Assembly (NCBI GenBank): GCA_963806035.1
Contig: CAWDWO010000026.1
Span: forward strand, 128,001-192,000
From: Candidatus Krumholzibacteriota bacterium
Lineage (GTDB): Bacteria > Krumholzibacteriota > Krumholzibacteriia > JAJRXK01
Reading direction: 5' to 3'
Length of the DNA stretch: 64,000 nucleotides
The position numbers and the translations under genes were made by a program. The notes under the pieces are model-generated. The model saw only the letters and a program-made list of their open reading frames with translations. It searched no databases and was not told where the DNA came from. Below are positions 48,746 through 58,303 of this stretch, in pieces (within the stretch, counting starts at the first letter, position 1; each line of letters opens with the position of its first letter).

Positions 48746-48799
48746 TTGATTTTTCGGCCCTCGCGCCGGCCTCAGCCGGCGTCAAATGCCCGCAGCAAT

Positions 48800-50725
48800 C
48801 TAGCGCTTGGCCTCGATTTCGTCAAGGAGGGCCGAAATGAAGCCCTCCAGCTCCCTCGTGCCCAGGTCGCCCTCTCCATGACGGCGCACCGAGACCGTAC
48901 CGGCCTCGCGCTCGCGCTCGCCGAGGACCGCCATGTACCGCACCTTCTCCAGCTCTGCGTCGCGGATCTTGCGGCCGATCTTCTCGTCCCGGGTGTCCAC
49001 CTGGCTGCGGATTCCGGCCCCTTTGAGCTTGGCGTCGAGCTGCTTGGCGTAGTCCAGCACCTGCTCGTTCACCGGCAGAATGGCCACCTGCAGAGGCGCC
49101 AGCCAGAGGGGGAATTCCCCGGCGAACTGCTCGGTGAGCATTCCGATGAAACGCTCGAGGGAGCCGAAGATGGCCCGGTGAACCATGTACACGTTCTTGC
49201 GTTCGCCTTGGTTGTCCACGTATTCCACACCGAAGCGGCGCGGCAGGTTGAAATCGAACTGGCAGGTGGAGGTCTGCCACTTGCGCCCCAGGGCATCCAC
49301 CAGCTTCACGTCGATCTTCGGCCCGTAGAAGACCGCTTCGCCCTCCATGCGGCGGTAGCTGAGGCCCTCGGCCTCGATGGCCTTGACCAGCGAGAGCTCG
49401 GCCCTTTCCCACTCCTCGTCGCTGCCGGCGTACTTCCCCTTGTTCTGGGGGTCGCGCACGCTCAACTCGACGTGGAATTCCTCGAAGCCAAAGGTGGTCA
49501 GGATGTGCCGCGTGAGACGCAAGACGCCCAGCACCTCCTCCTCCAGCTGTTCCGGCGTGCAGAAGATGTGGGCATCGTCCTGGGTGAAGCCACGTACCCT
49601 GAGCATCCCGTGCAGGGTGCCGCTGCGTTCGTAACGATACACGGTGCCCATCTCCGCATAGCGGACGGGAAGATCACGGTAACTCCACAGACGCCGCTTG
49701 TAGATCAGCACGTGACCGGGACAGTTCATGGGCTTGACGACGTACTGCTGATTCTCGATCTCGAAGAGGTACATGTTCTCCTTGTAGAAGTCCATGTGCC
49801 CCGAAGTGCGCCAGAGATCGGCGCGGCTGATGTGCGGCGTGTCCACCATCAGATAGCCGTGCTTGAGGTGCTCTTGTTTCCAGAAGTCGATGAGAACGTG
49901 GCGCAGGACGGAGCCCTTGGGGTGATAGAACGCCAGTCCCCCACCGGCCTCGTCTTGAATGGAGTAGAGATCGAGCTCCTTGCCCAGCTTGCGGTGGTCG
50001 CGCTTCTTGGCCTCCTCGATCTGCTTCAAGTAGGCGTCGAGATCCTGCTTGGAAAACCACGAGGTGCCGTAGATGCGCTGTAGCTGTTCCCGGTTCTCGT
50101 CTCCGCGCCAATAGGCTCCCGCCACGCTCAAGAGTTTGAAGGCCTTGATGCTCTTGGTGTTGGGAACGTGCGGCCCCTCGCAGAGATCGGTGAACTCGCC
50201 CATGTGGTAGGCGTAGATCTCCTGCCCCGCGAGTTCCTCGATCTGCTCCACCTTGAAGGGCTGGTCGCCGAAACGTTTCAGAGCGTCCGCGCGACCGATC
50301 CTCTCGCGCACGATGGGAAAACTCTGCTTCGCCAGCTCGCGCATCCTCTTCTCGATCTTTTCCAGATCCTGTTCGGAGAAGGGCTGGTCCACTTTGATGT
50401 CGTAGTAGAAACCGTTTTCGACCGGCGGACCGAAAGCGAACTGGGCTCCGGGGAAGAGCTCCTGGATCGCGTAGGCCATGAGGTGCGCCGTACTGTGCCT
50501 GAGCACGTCCAGCGCTTCCTCGGAACTCTTGGTCACCACCTCGAGTCGAGCGTCTTCTTCGAGAGGCTCATCGAAGGGTTGGTAGTCCCCATCGACCTTG
50601 GCCGCGACGGCGGCCCGCGCCAGTCCCTCTCCGATAGTCGTGATGGCCGACAGAACCGTGCTTCCGCGCGGGACCTCGATCGAGTTTCCATCGGGCAGAC
50701 TCAGGGTGACTGTCGACTCGGCCAT
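48800..50725 (-). CDS. thrS: Threonine-tRNA ligase
   Basis: RHSTAH, DLCEGPH, RDHRKLG, KPMNCP and FTQDDAH motifs. Confidence 0.98.
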   Translation of the reverse strand: MAESTVTLSLPDGNSIEVPRGSTVLSAITTIGEGLARAAVAAKVDGDYQPFDEPLEEDARLEVVTKSSEEALDVLRHSTAHLMAYAIQELFPGAQFAFGPPVENGFYYDIKVDQPFSEQDLEKIEKRMRELAKQSFPIVRERIGRADALKRFGDQPFKVEQIEELAGQEIYAYHMGEFTDLCEGPHVPNTKSIKAFKLLSVAGAYWRGDENREQLQRIYGTSWFSKQDLDAYLKQIEEAKKRDHRKLGKELDLYSIQDEAGGGLAFYHPKGSVLRHVLIDFWKQEHLKHGYLMVDTPHISRADLWRTSGHMDFYKENMYLFEIENQQYVVKPMNCPGHVLIYKRRLWSYRDLPVRYAEMGTVYRYERSGTLHGMLRVRGFTQDDAHIFCTPEQLEEEVLGVLRLTRHILTTFGFEEFHVELSVRDPQNKGKYAGSDEEWERAELSLVKAIEAEGLSYRRMEGEAVFYGPKIDVKLVDALGRKWQTSTCQFDFNLPRRFGVEYVDNQGERKNVYMVHRAIFGSLERFIGMLTEQFAGEFPLWLAPLQVAILPVNEQVLDYAKQLDAKLKGAGIRSQVDTRDEKIGRKIRDAELEKVRYMAVLGEREREAGTVSVRRHGEGDLGTRELEGFISALLDEIEAKR

Positions 50726-50842
50726 GACCGCTCCTTCGACCAGCTCGTCGAACGAAAAAGGCGAACCCGGAGGTTCACCCAAGAGAATGGCCCCGCGGGC
50801 CCGCGCGCTCCCTCCGAAGGAGCGCTATCTCGAGATTTGAGG

Positions 50843-50920
50843 TGGTGGGCGATACTGGACTTGAACCAGTGACCTCTTACATGTCAAGCAAGCGCTCTAA
50901 CCAAGCTGAGCTAATCGCCC
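50843..50920 (-). tRNA. tRNA-Val(GAC)
   Basis: CTTGC-TTGACAT-GTAAG anticodon arm; encoded CCA. Confidence 0.96.
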
Positions 50921-50977
50921 CCAGGAACGCAAAGTAATATCCAAGGGGCACCCCCCTGTCAAGCCTGACAGCCCCTT

Positions 50978-51367
50978 TCAGCGGGGCAGGTGCTCGCGCT
51001 TGAAAATCGGAACCCGCGCCTTGAGTTCGTCGATGAGCCAGTGGCAGATGGTGAATGCCTCGGCTCGATGCGCCGTCGCCACCGCGATGTACACGGCGCA
51101 CTCTCCCACTTCGACCACGCCCTTGCGATGCGCCACCACCGCATCGAACTCGGGCCATCTTCCGTGGGCCTCCTTCAGCAACTCCGCCAGCTTCTTCTCA
51201 GCCATCGCGGCGTACGCTTCGTAATCGATGCCACGCAGCTTCAGCCTACCCTCGGTCTCGCGGACCCGACCTTGAAAGCTGACGACCGCACCCCGCTCCC
51301 CACCGGAAAGCTCCGCCTCCAATCCCACCAGATCGAGCGTCTCGTCGCTGAGGAGAATCCGGTCCAC
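50978..51367 (-). CDS. moaE: Molybdopterin synthase catalytic subunit
   Basis: GAVVSFQGRVR, YEAY, HRAEAF and PIFKRE motifs. Confidence 0.92.
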   Translation of the reverse strand: MDRILLSDETLDLVGLEAELSGGERGAVVSFQGRVRETEGRLKLRGIDYEAYAAMAEKKLAELLKEAHGRWPEFDAVVAHRKGVVEVGECAVYIAVATAHRAEAFTICHWLIDELKARVPIFKREHLPR

Positions 51368-51374
51368 GGACGGC

Positions 51375-51626
51375 TCACCCCCCGCTGAAGGGAGGCATGA
51401 CGCCCACCCGTTGCGCCTGAGACAGGCGGGTCTCGCCACTGGCGAGCTCCTCGTCGACCGACCAGAGGAGGTGCTTCTGCATCGCCTTCAACTGGGGGTA
51501 TTTCTGGTAGAGGCTTTCTTGCAGCTCGGACAGGGTCGCATCCTCAGGAAGCGATACCGACTCCTCGCGGGTTCCCGTCTGGAGCGCCACATCGGCGAAG
51601 TAGAGCAGCCTGAGAGTTTTGTCCAC
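51375..51626 (-). CDS. moaD: Molybdopterin synthase sulfur carrier
   Basis: LYFA motif; C-terminal PPFSGG. Confidence 0.9.
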   Translation of the reverse strand: MDKTLRLLYFADVALQTGTREESVSLPEDATLSELQESLYQKYPQLKAMQKHLLWSVDEELASGETRLSQAQRVGVMPPFSGG

Positions 51627-51646
51627 GACCCCTGCCTCTTTCTCAC

Positions 51647-51670
51647 AAAAAAGGCCTGTTAGAACAGGCC
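51647..51670 (-). terminator. Intrinsic terminator of the sigma factor gene
   Basis: GGCCTGT/ACAGGCC stem followed by T6 on -. Confidence 0.75.
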
Positions 51671-51697
51671 CCTTTCGCGCTGACCGGTCCTGCCGGA

Positions 51698-52597
51698 TCA
51701 GCTGAGATAGTCCGTGAGGTTGGTACCCGAAACTGAATGGCGCATCTTGCGCAGAGCGTCATTACGAATCTGCCGCACGCGCTCACGCGAAAGATTGATG
51801 TCCTCGCCGATCGCCTCCAGCGAGGTGCTCTCCTCGCCGCTGAGCCCGTAGTAACGCACCACGATATCTCGTTCGCGCGAGGTCAGGTTCTTCATTGCGG
51901 AGTCCAGTTGATCGCGCAGCTCGTCGCGCACGAATTCATCCTCAGGAGTGGAGTCCTCGGGGTTGGAGAGAATCTCCTGCAGAGGCTGTGACTCCTCGTC
52001 GTGCAGGCTCTCGTCGATCGAGAGCAGTGGCCGCAGCACCGCGTTGATCTCGTTGAGCTTGCTCACCGAGATGTCGAGTTGCTTGGCCAGCTCCTCGCGC
52101 GGAATCGTGCCGCCCTTCTCCTGCTCCATGCGGTTGTTGATCTTGCGCAAACGCTGAGCCTGCTGCGCGCGATTGATCGGCAGTCGCACGGTGTGAGTCT
52201 GCTCCGCGAGCGCCTTTTGAATGGCCTGACGAATCCACCAGACCGCATAGGAGATGAAACGGAAGTTGCGGCGTTCATCGAAGCGATGTGCTGCAGTGAT
52301 GAGCCCCATGTTGCCTTCCGCGATGAGATCGAGGAAGGAGAGCCCATGGCCTACGTAGCGCTTGGCCACGCTCACGACGAAGCGCAGGTTCGAGTAGACC
52401 AGCTTCTCGAGCGCCGCTTCGTCGCCACCGCGAATGCGGTAGGCCAGATCGAACTCCTGCTCCTTGGTGAGCAAGGGATAACGTCCGATCACCTTCAAGT
52501 AGTGCTGAAGCGCCTGATCCTGACGACGATCAGGGCTCCGCTCGACTTCATACATGATTTCCTCCACCTTGGGACGCCGTAGATTGCGCGTCTCCAT
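51698..52597 (-). CDS. RpoD/SigA-family sigma factor lacking region 1.1
   Basis: NLRFVVSVAK, EGNMGL, SYAVWWIRQ and SRERVRQI motifs; 299 aa. Confidence 0.93.
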   Translation of the reverse strand: METRNLRRPKVEEIMYEVERSPDRRQDQALQHYLKVIGRYPLLTKEQEFDLAYRIRGGDEAALEKLVYSNLRFVVSVAKRYVGHGLSFLDLIAEGNMGLITAAHRFDERRNFRFISYAVWWIRQAIQKALAEQTHTVRLPINRAQQAQRLRKINNRMEQEKGGTIPREELAKQLDISVSKLNEINAVLRPLLSIDESLHDEESQPLQEILSNPEDSTPEDEFVRDELRDQLDSAMKNLTSRERDIVVRYYGLSGEESTSLEAIGEDINLSRERVRQIRNDALRKMRHSVSGTNLTDYLS

Positions 52598-52812
52598 GCA
52601 AACTCGACCGCGACACTCCCACTGCCTTCTTCGACGCAGACAACTGACCTAGGAGCCCAAAAACCCGGGTGGGTTCCTGGCGGCCCATGACCGTGAAGGC
52701 TCTCTTCTCCTACGTCATTCCCTGGAAGCAGTTCCCGGCGATGATGCCGCGTGCGCCGGGATCGGGCTCACTCTCGCGGTAAACCCATGTTTGCGTGAGA
52801 ACTCGCGCAGCT

Positions 52813-52842
52813 ATTGTGAACCATGGGCCCGGGCCCTGTCAA
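52813..52842 (-). promoter_or_regulatory. Putative σ70 promoter of the sigma factor gene
   Basis: TTGACA-N18-CACAAT on -. Confidence 0.55.
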
Positions 52843-52881
52843 CCAAGGGGCTCAGGGAATCCGCGGCCCGGGCCCCATCGT

Positions 52882-54810
52882 TCAGGATTTGTCCTCGTCC
52901 ACCACCTCGAAATCGGCGTCTACCGGCTCGGAAGAGTCGTTTCCAGCCTCGGCCTGGCCCTCCGCCTGCTCCGTCTGGGACGAGCCGGCCGCGCCCTGAG
53001 AGGCCGAAGCCTGCTGGTAGGCTTCCGTCCCGGCCTTCTGGAGGGCGTCGCTCAGGGCCTGGGTGCGGCTCTTGACCGCGGCCAGATCCTCGGAGTCCTT
53101 CACGGACTCCAGCTCGGAAATGGCCTTCTCCACCGTCTCCTTGGTGTCGGACTGGATTTTGTCGCCCGTCTCGCTCAGCAGCTTTCGCGCCTGGTAGAGC
53201 AACGATTCGGCCTGGTTCTTGGTGTCCACTTTCTCGCGCCGCTTCTTGTCTTCGTCGGCGTGGGACTTGGCGTCCTCGACCATCCTCTCGATTTCCGATT
53301 CGTCCAAGCCGCTCGAGGCCTGAATGACGATGCTCTGCTCCTTACCCGTCGCTTTGTCCTTGGCGTTCACGTTGAGAATCCCGTCGGCATCGATGTCGAA
53401 GCTGACCTCGATCTGCGGAATGCCACGCGGCGCGGGCGGAATGCCCGTGAGCTGGAAGCGCCCGATGGACTTGTTCCCCGCGGCCATTTCGCGTTCGCCC
53501 TGCAGTACGTGAATCTCCACCACGCTCTGGTTGTCGTCAGCCGTGGAGAAGGTCTGGGACTTCTTGGTGGGAATCGTGGTGTTGCGCTCGATGAGCTTCG
53601 TCATCACTCCACCGAGAGTCTCGATCCCCAGACTCAGGGGCGTGACGTCCAAGAGCACCACATCGTTCAGGTGAGACTCGCCGGAGAGCACGCCTCCCTG
53701 GATCGCGGCTCCCATCGCCACGCATTCGTCCGGATTGACCGAATGATTCGGGTCCTTGCCGAAAAGGCTCTTCACCTTTTCCTGGATCACCGGCATGCGG
53801 GTCGATCCACCGACGAGAATCACCTCGTCGATGTCAGAGGTCGAAAGCCCTGCGTCCTGCAGCGCCTTCTGACAGGGTCCCACGGTTCTCTGCACCAACG
53901 CATCGACCAGTTGCTCGAAGCGCGAACGGGTCAGAGTCTTCACGAGGTGCTTGGGGCCACTCGCGTCCGCGGTGATGAAGGGAAGATTGATCTCCGTCTG
54001 CGTCGAGCTGGAGAGCTCGCACTTGGCGCGCTCCGCGGCTTCCTTGAGTCGCTGCATCGCCATGCTGTCCAGTGAGAGATCGATGCCCTCCGCCGACTTG
54101 AATTCCTGAACGAGCCACTCGATGACGGCCTGGTCGAAGTCGTCTCCCCCGAGATGGGTGTCGCCGTTGGTCGACTTGACCTCGAAGACGCCCTCGCCCA
54201 AATCCAAGATGGAGATGTCGAAGGTTCCACCCCCGAGGTCGAAGACGGCCACGGTCTCGTTCTTCTTCTTGTCGAGTCCGTAGGCCAGAGCGGCCGCGGT
54301 GGGCTCGTTGATGATACGCTTCACCTCGAGTCCGGCGATGCGGCCGGCGTCCTTGGTGGCTTGCCGCTGGGAGTCGTTGAAATACGCGGGAACCGTGATC
54401 ACTGCCTCGGTGACCGCTTCGCCGAGATAGGTCTCGGCGGTTTCTTTCATCTTCTGCAAGATCACGGCGGAGACCTCAGGTGGAGTGAATTCACCGGAGG
54501 GGGTCTTCACGACCACCTTCCCGCCCGGCCCCTCGATGAGCTGGTAGGGAACCTCGCTGATCTCCTCGGCCACCTCGTTGAACTGGCGGCCCATGAAACG
54601 CTTGATGGAATAGATGGTGTGCTCGGGTTGCGTCACCGCCTGGCGCTTGGCGACCACGCCGACGAGACGGTCTCCGTCCTTGTTCCACCCCACGACCGAG
54701 GGAGTCGTCTTCTGACCCTCGGCATTGGTGATGACTTTGACTTCCGAACCCTCGACCACGGCCACGCAACTGTTCGTCGTGCCCAGGTCGATTCCAATGA
54801 TCTTGCCCAT
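52882..54810 (-). CDS. dnaK: Chaperone DnaK
   Basis: [25 protein letters not shown] and DVTPLSLG motifs. Confidence 0.99.
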   Translation of the reverse strand: MGKIIGIDLGTTNSCVAVVEGSEVKVITNAEGQKTTPSVVGWNKDGDRLVGVVAKRQAVTQPEHTIYSIKRFMGRQFNEVAEEISEVPYQLIEGPGGKVVVKTPSGEFTPPEVSAVILQKMKETAETYLGEAVTEAVITVPAYFNDSQRQATKDAGRIAGLEVKRIINEPTAAALAYGLDKKKNETVAVFDLGGGTFDISILDLGEGVFEVKSTNGDTHLGGDDFDQAVIEWLVQEFKSAEGIDLSLDSMAMQRLKEAAERAKCELSSSTQTEINLPFITADASGPKHLVKTLTRSRFEQLVDALVQRTVGPCQKALQDAGLSTSDIDEVILVGGSTRMPVIQEKVKSLFGKDPNHSVNPDECVAMGAAIQGGVLSGESHLNDVVLLDVTPLSLGIETLGGVMTKLIERNTTIPTKKSQTFSTADDNQSVVEIHVLQGEREMAAGNKSIGRFQLTGIPPAPRGIPQIEVSFDIDADGILNVNAKDKATGKEQSIVIQASSGLDESEIERMVEDAKSHADEDKKRREKVDTKNQAESLLYQARKLLSETGDKIQSDTKETVEKAISELESVKDSEDLAAVKSRTQALSDALQKAGTEAYQQASASQGAAGSSQTEQAEGQAEAGNDSSEPVDADFEVVDEDKS

Positions 54811-54860
54811 TCTCTTGCTTCCTTTCCTTCTGCGATAGAATCCTGGTGCCCGGGAAGACA

Positions 54861-54875
54861 ACAATCCCCATGCCA
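54861..54875 (-). promoter_or_regulatory. σ54-like promoter of dnaK
   Basis: TGGCATG-GGGA-TTGT on -. Confidence 0.6.
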
Positions 54876-54954
54876 GGGGAAGGGACTTCCACTAAGTTCT
54901 GAAATCAGAATGAGTTGAGGGTTTCAAGGCCGAGAGCGGCTCTGCCCCTGACAG

Positions 54955-54986
54955 TGCCACAATGGCAGATTTCTGTCGTTATGGCA
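54955..54986. promoter_or_regulatory. Tandem palindromic boxes, putative upstream activator sites of dnaK
   Basis: TGCCACAATGGCA (54955-54967) and TGTCGTTATGGCA (54974-54986). Confidence 0.55.
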
Positions 54987-55917
54987 GGCTTCGTTCTGCC
55001 AGGCCCTGCGCGTAGCAGGCGAGCACCAGGTAGTCGTAGAGGCGCCGCCGCAGCCCCTGGGGCAAAAGCGCGGCAACCCCACCCAGCGCCGCCTGGGCCG
55101 CGCTGGGGCCGCCGAGGCGAAAGCTCTGGCGCAAGGCGAGGGCCAGTGCGCGTCGCGGCCCTTCGAGCTCATCCAGGGGCGTGACAAGAAGATCCAGCTG
55201 CATCTCGCGCAGGCGCTGGGGATGCAGACGGGCGATCAGGGGCAGAGACGAGCGCCCGCATTCGCGCTTCTTGTGCAGATACTCCGCGAGGGTGTGGTGG
55301 TGCACGTGGTAGCCGAGAGCCCCCTCCAGGAAGTGAAAGTCCAGCCCCGCTCGCTCCTCGAGCCGGAATGCCAGTTCCATGTCCTCGAATCCGTAGGACG
55401 CAAAGCGCTCGTCGAAGCCCTCGCAGAGCTCGAGCGCGGCGCGCGGCAGCGATACGTTTTGCGTGAGAAAGTAGCGCGCCGGTACCGGCCCGTCCGGGGA
55501 ACACTTCGCGAGCCCCTGGCCATCGAGATACTCGAAAAGAGTCGAATCCACGATTTCAGGAAGGGTCTTCACCTCGGCCAACCACACGCCGGGGTGGCGC
55601 TCTTGCGCGGCGGCATGAGCGGACAGGGCATTGGCCGTGAGCAGGATGTCATCGTCCAAGAAGAGCACGCTTTCCCCGCGGGCGTGGCGCCAGCCGTGAT
55701 TGCGAGCTCGTGAGCGCCCCTCGTTCTGCGAGAGCACGAGCGCGCGCAGCGGAAGCCGTCTCCCCCATTCCCGCAGGACCTCCTCCGTCGCGTCCTGTGA
55801 GCCGTCATCCACCACCACGAGTTCCCACTCGGGAAGGTAACGCTGTCGGCTGAGAGCTTTCAGGGTGCGCCGCAGAAGTTGCGGTTTGCAGTGTGTGGGA
55901 ACGACGACGCTGATCAC
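54979..55917 (-). CDS. GT2 glycosyltransferase
   Basis: SVVVPT, VVDDGS, FLDDD and GFDERF..YGFED motifs. Confidence 0.9.
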   Translation of the reverse strand: MISVVVPTHCKPQLLRRTLKALSRQRYLPEWELVVVDDGSQDATEEVLREWGRRLPLRALVLSQNEGRSRARNHGWRHARGESVLFLDDDILLTANALSAHAAAQERHPGVWLAEVKTLPEIVDSTLFEYLDGQGLAKCSPDGPVPARYFLTQNVSLPRAALELCEGFDERFASYGFEDMELAFRLEERAGLDFHFLEGALGYHVHHHTLAEYLHKKRECGRSSLPLIARLHPQRLREMQLDLLVTPLDELEGPRRALALALRQSFRLGGPSAAQAALGGVAALLPQGLRRRLYDYLVLACYAQGLAERSLP

Positions 55918-57047
55918 GAGAGCCCCCTCTCCTGGATCGAACGCAGTTCGGATGGAAGAGGCCGGTTGTCCGTGAAGTGTTCGTAGAGGCGCAGCATCCA
56001 CTGCATGTTCAGCTCGTGATCGGCGCGCTTGCGAACTTCGCTCGCGCACGACTTTCCAAACTCATCGCGGAGAGCGGCGTCATCCAGCAGCTTTGTGAGC
56101 GCGTCCACCAGAGCGCCTTCGTCGCGCGGGGGCACCACCAGTCCGTTCTCACCGTCCCTGATCCACTCCAGAGAGGAGGGCAGAGAGGAAACCACGATGG
56201 CGCGGCCACAGGCCATGGCCTCCAGCAGTGAAACCGCGGTTGCGTCGACAGAGGGAACGCTCACGAAGACGTCGCTGGCCACCAGGTAATCCGCGAAATC
56301 CTCGTGCGGGATTCTGCCCACGAAGTGAGTTTGACGGTCCAGACCGGCCCGCTTCGCCAATGCGCGGAAGGGCGACTGATCGCCCTCGTAGCCGGCGAAA
56401 ATCACATGGAGCGCGGGCCGCTCCTTTTGCAGGCGCGCCGTCGCATCGATGATGACATCGATGTTGTAGTAGGCCTGGGTGAAGGAGCGCGGTGAAAAGA
56501 CGACGGGGGCCGACTCGGGAATCCCCAGTTCTTCACGAACCCGGCTCGGACGCTCGGGATGGAAAATGGAAAAGTCGACGCCCCACTGGATCTCGTAACA
56601 GGTGGCGGGATCGGCCCCGAGAGCGACGCAGCTCTTGAGGATGTCCACCGAGTCGCCGCTGACCGCGCAGGCAGAGCGCAGGGCGCGCCGGGCCAACCAA
56701 CCCTTCAGCGCATTTTCATGCGGGGTGACATACACGTCATCACCCCACACCGTCAAAAGGTTGGGCGTGAAGCGCGAGTAGTGACCCCAATAACCATAGC
56801 CGGTGAGGAAGTGCGTGTGGAGCAGATCGGGCTTCAGTCCCTTCAGGATCTTCCGCACTTTCCTCAGACTCAACCAGTAGCGCAGCGGCTTGAAGGGAGC
56901 GCGCGTGCGAATGTCGTGCACCTGCACCCCTTCGATGGGTCCTGGTTGCACCGTGAGGAGATGGCATTCGTGACCGCGCCGCGCGAAGTACTGGATCCAG
57001 CGCTCGGTATGCAGGTGCCGGCCTATGCTCAAGTATGCGATGCGCAC
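55914..57047 (-). CDS. GT4 glycosyltransferase
   Basis: PDLLHTH, SLLEAMACG and ENGLVVP motifs. Confidence 0.9.
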   Translation of the reverse strand: MRIAYLSIGRHLHTERWIQYFARRGHECHLLTVQPGPIEGVQVHDIRTRAPFKPLRYWLSLRKVRKILKGLKPDLLHTHFLTGYGYWGHYSRFTPNLLTVWGDDVYVTPHENALKGWLARRALRSACAVSGDSVDILKSCVALGADPATCYEIQWGVDFSIFHPERPSRVREELGIPESAPVVFSPRSFTQAYYNIDVIIDATARLQKERPALHVIFAGYEGDQSPFRALAKRAGLDRQTHFVGRIPHEDFADYLVASDVFVSVPSVDATAVSLLEAMACGRAIVVSSLPSSLEWIRDGENGLVVPPRDEGALVDALTKLLDDAALRDEFGKSCASEVRKRADHELNMQWMLRLYEHFTDNRPLPSELRSIQERGLS

Positions 57048-57121
57048 GCGTGCCTTCCGCCTCAAAGCGCCGAGACGCTGCCCGAGATCTGGTATTGCCC
57101 TGTTTGCAGGCGCGGTGGTTC

Positions 57122-57205
57122 TGCCCGGGGAGGGAATCGAACCCTCACGAAGCAAGCTTCTGGGGATTTTAAGTCCCCTGCGTCTACCAATTCCGCCACC
57201 CGGGC
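57122..57205 (-). tRNA. tRNA-Leu(TAA)
   Basis: GGGGA-CTTAAAA-TCCCC anticodon arm, long variable arm; CCA not encoded. Confidence 0.95.
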
Positions 57206-57249
57206 TCCGTCAGTACCAAAATCCGCGCCATCTGGGAATTGGGCAAGCG

Positions 57250-57283
57250 AAAACGCGGATGACGCATCCAGCGTCATCCGCGT
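57250..57283 (-). terminator. Perfect 13-bp hairpin between tRNA-Cys and tRNA-Leu
   Basis: ACGCGGATGACGC/GCGTCATCCGCGT followed by TTT on -. Confidence 0.5.
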
Positions 57284-57344
57284 GGCAAACTCGATTCCAA
57301 ACTCAGCCCACCACTCTCGGGGCGCGGGCCGTGCTCGGGTCGTA

Positions 57345-57421
57345 TGGAGGCGGCACCCAGATTCGAACTGGGGAATAACGGTTTTGCAAACCGTCGCCTT
57401 GGACCACTTGGCTATGCCGCC
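57345..57421 (-). tRNA. tRNA-Cys(GCA)
   Basis: ACGGT-TTGCAAA-ACCGT anticodon arm; encoded CCA. Confidence 0.96.
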
Positions 57422-57430
57422 GGGAAGCGA

Positions 57431-57506
<76 letters not shown>

Positions 57507-57545
57507 TCCTTGAAAACCAAGAATTCCCACCGTGTGGGACTGCTT

Positions 57546-57573
57546 AGTTTAGCTAATGAGGCCCCTCCGTCAA
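57546..57573 (-). promoter_or_regulatory. σ70 promoter of the tRNA Gly-Cys-Leu operon
   Basis: TTGACG-N16-TAAACT on -. Confidence 0.6.
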
Positions 57574-58277
57574 GAGCCGGAATCCTTGGCGTTTTCCAGG
57601 ATCGTGGTGGTGACCACCCAGGCCCCGTCATATCCGTAGCCGCGGAGCCGATCCCGCAATTGCAAGGCGAGGGCCCGATCACTGAAGTCTCCCACGCGAA
57701 CCTTGTAATAGGGGCTCTCGAAGACCACGTAGACCGTCTCGGGGACGCGTGTGCGAGCCACCCTGGCCACCTCTTCGGCGCTGTTCTTGTCGCCAGAGGC
57801 CGCAATCTGTACGCGGAAACCTCGGCGCGCTGCGGGGCGGCTCCCCTCGATGGGCGTTTTCACGCTGGGCTCCACCGGCGCGGTGACGCTTTGGGGGATC
57901 TTTGCCGCATTGCTATCGCCTTGGGCCTCTCCTTGCACCTTGGGCATCTGCTCGAGTTCGGTTGGAGCCACCTTGCTCTTTTCGAGGCTCGCCGCCTCCA
58001 CTTCCTCCGGAGAAGGCGGCAGACGATCCTCTTCGAATTCCACGTCCTTCGTGACCGGAGCCTCGCCCTCGCTTTGGAGCCGGTACTCTTGCTTGCCATC
58101 GGCGTCCTGCGAGTGGGTGGACTCGCTCTCTTGCTGAGCGGTCTGCTGCGTGCTCTCTTGCTCGGCCGCGGGATCGCTCTTCACGCTCGACGCGGGAGGC
58201 GAAGAGCACGCGCTCAGCCCAAGCGCGAGGATGAGGGGAAGAACTCGCGCGATCGTACCCTGAAAGTCGCTTCGCAT
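57570..58277 (-). CDS. SPOR-domain lipoprotein
   Basis: LSAC lipobox, low-complexity linker, GFRVQIAA and YKVRVGDF motifs. Confidence 0.88.
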   Translation of the reverse strand: MRSDFQGTIARVLPLILALGLSACSSPPASSVKSDPAAEQESTQQTAQQESESTHSQDADGKQEYRLQSEGEAPVTKDVEFEEDRLPPSPEEVEAASLEKSKVAPTELEQMPKVQGEAQGDSNAAKIPQSVTAPVEPSVKTPIEGSRPAARRGFRVQIAASGDKNSAEEVARVARTRVPETVYVVFESPYYKVRVGDFSDRALALQLRDRLRGYGYDGAWVVTTTILENAKDSGS

Positions 58278-58303
58278 CACAAACTCCTCAGCACCGGGTG
58301 AAT

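Noticed and set aside
52795..54918. Long + strand ORFs opposite dnaK
   Set aside because: Well-known antisense frames of hsp70 genes, often mis-annotated as NAD-specific glutamate dehydrogenase.
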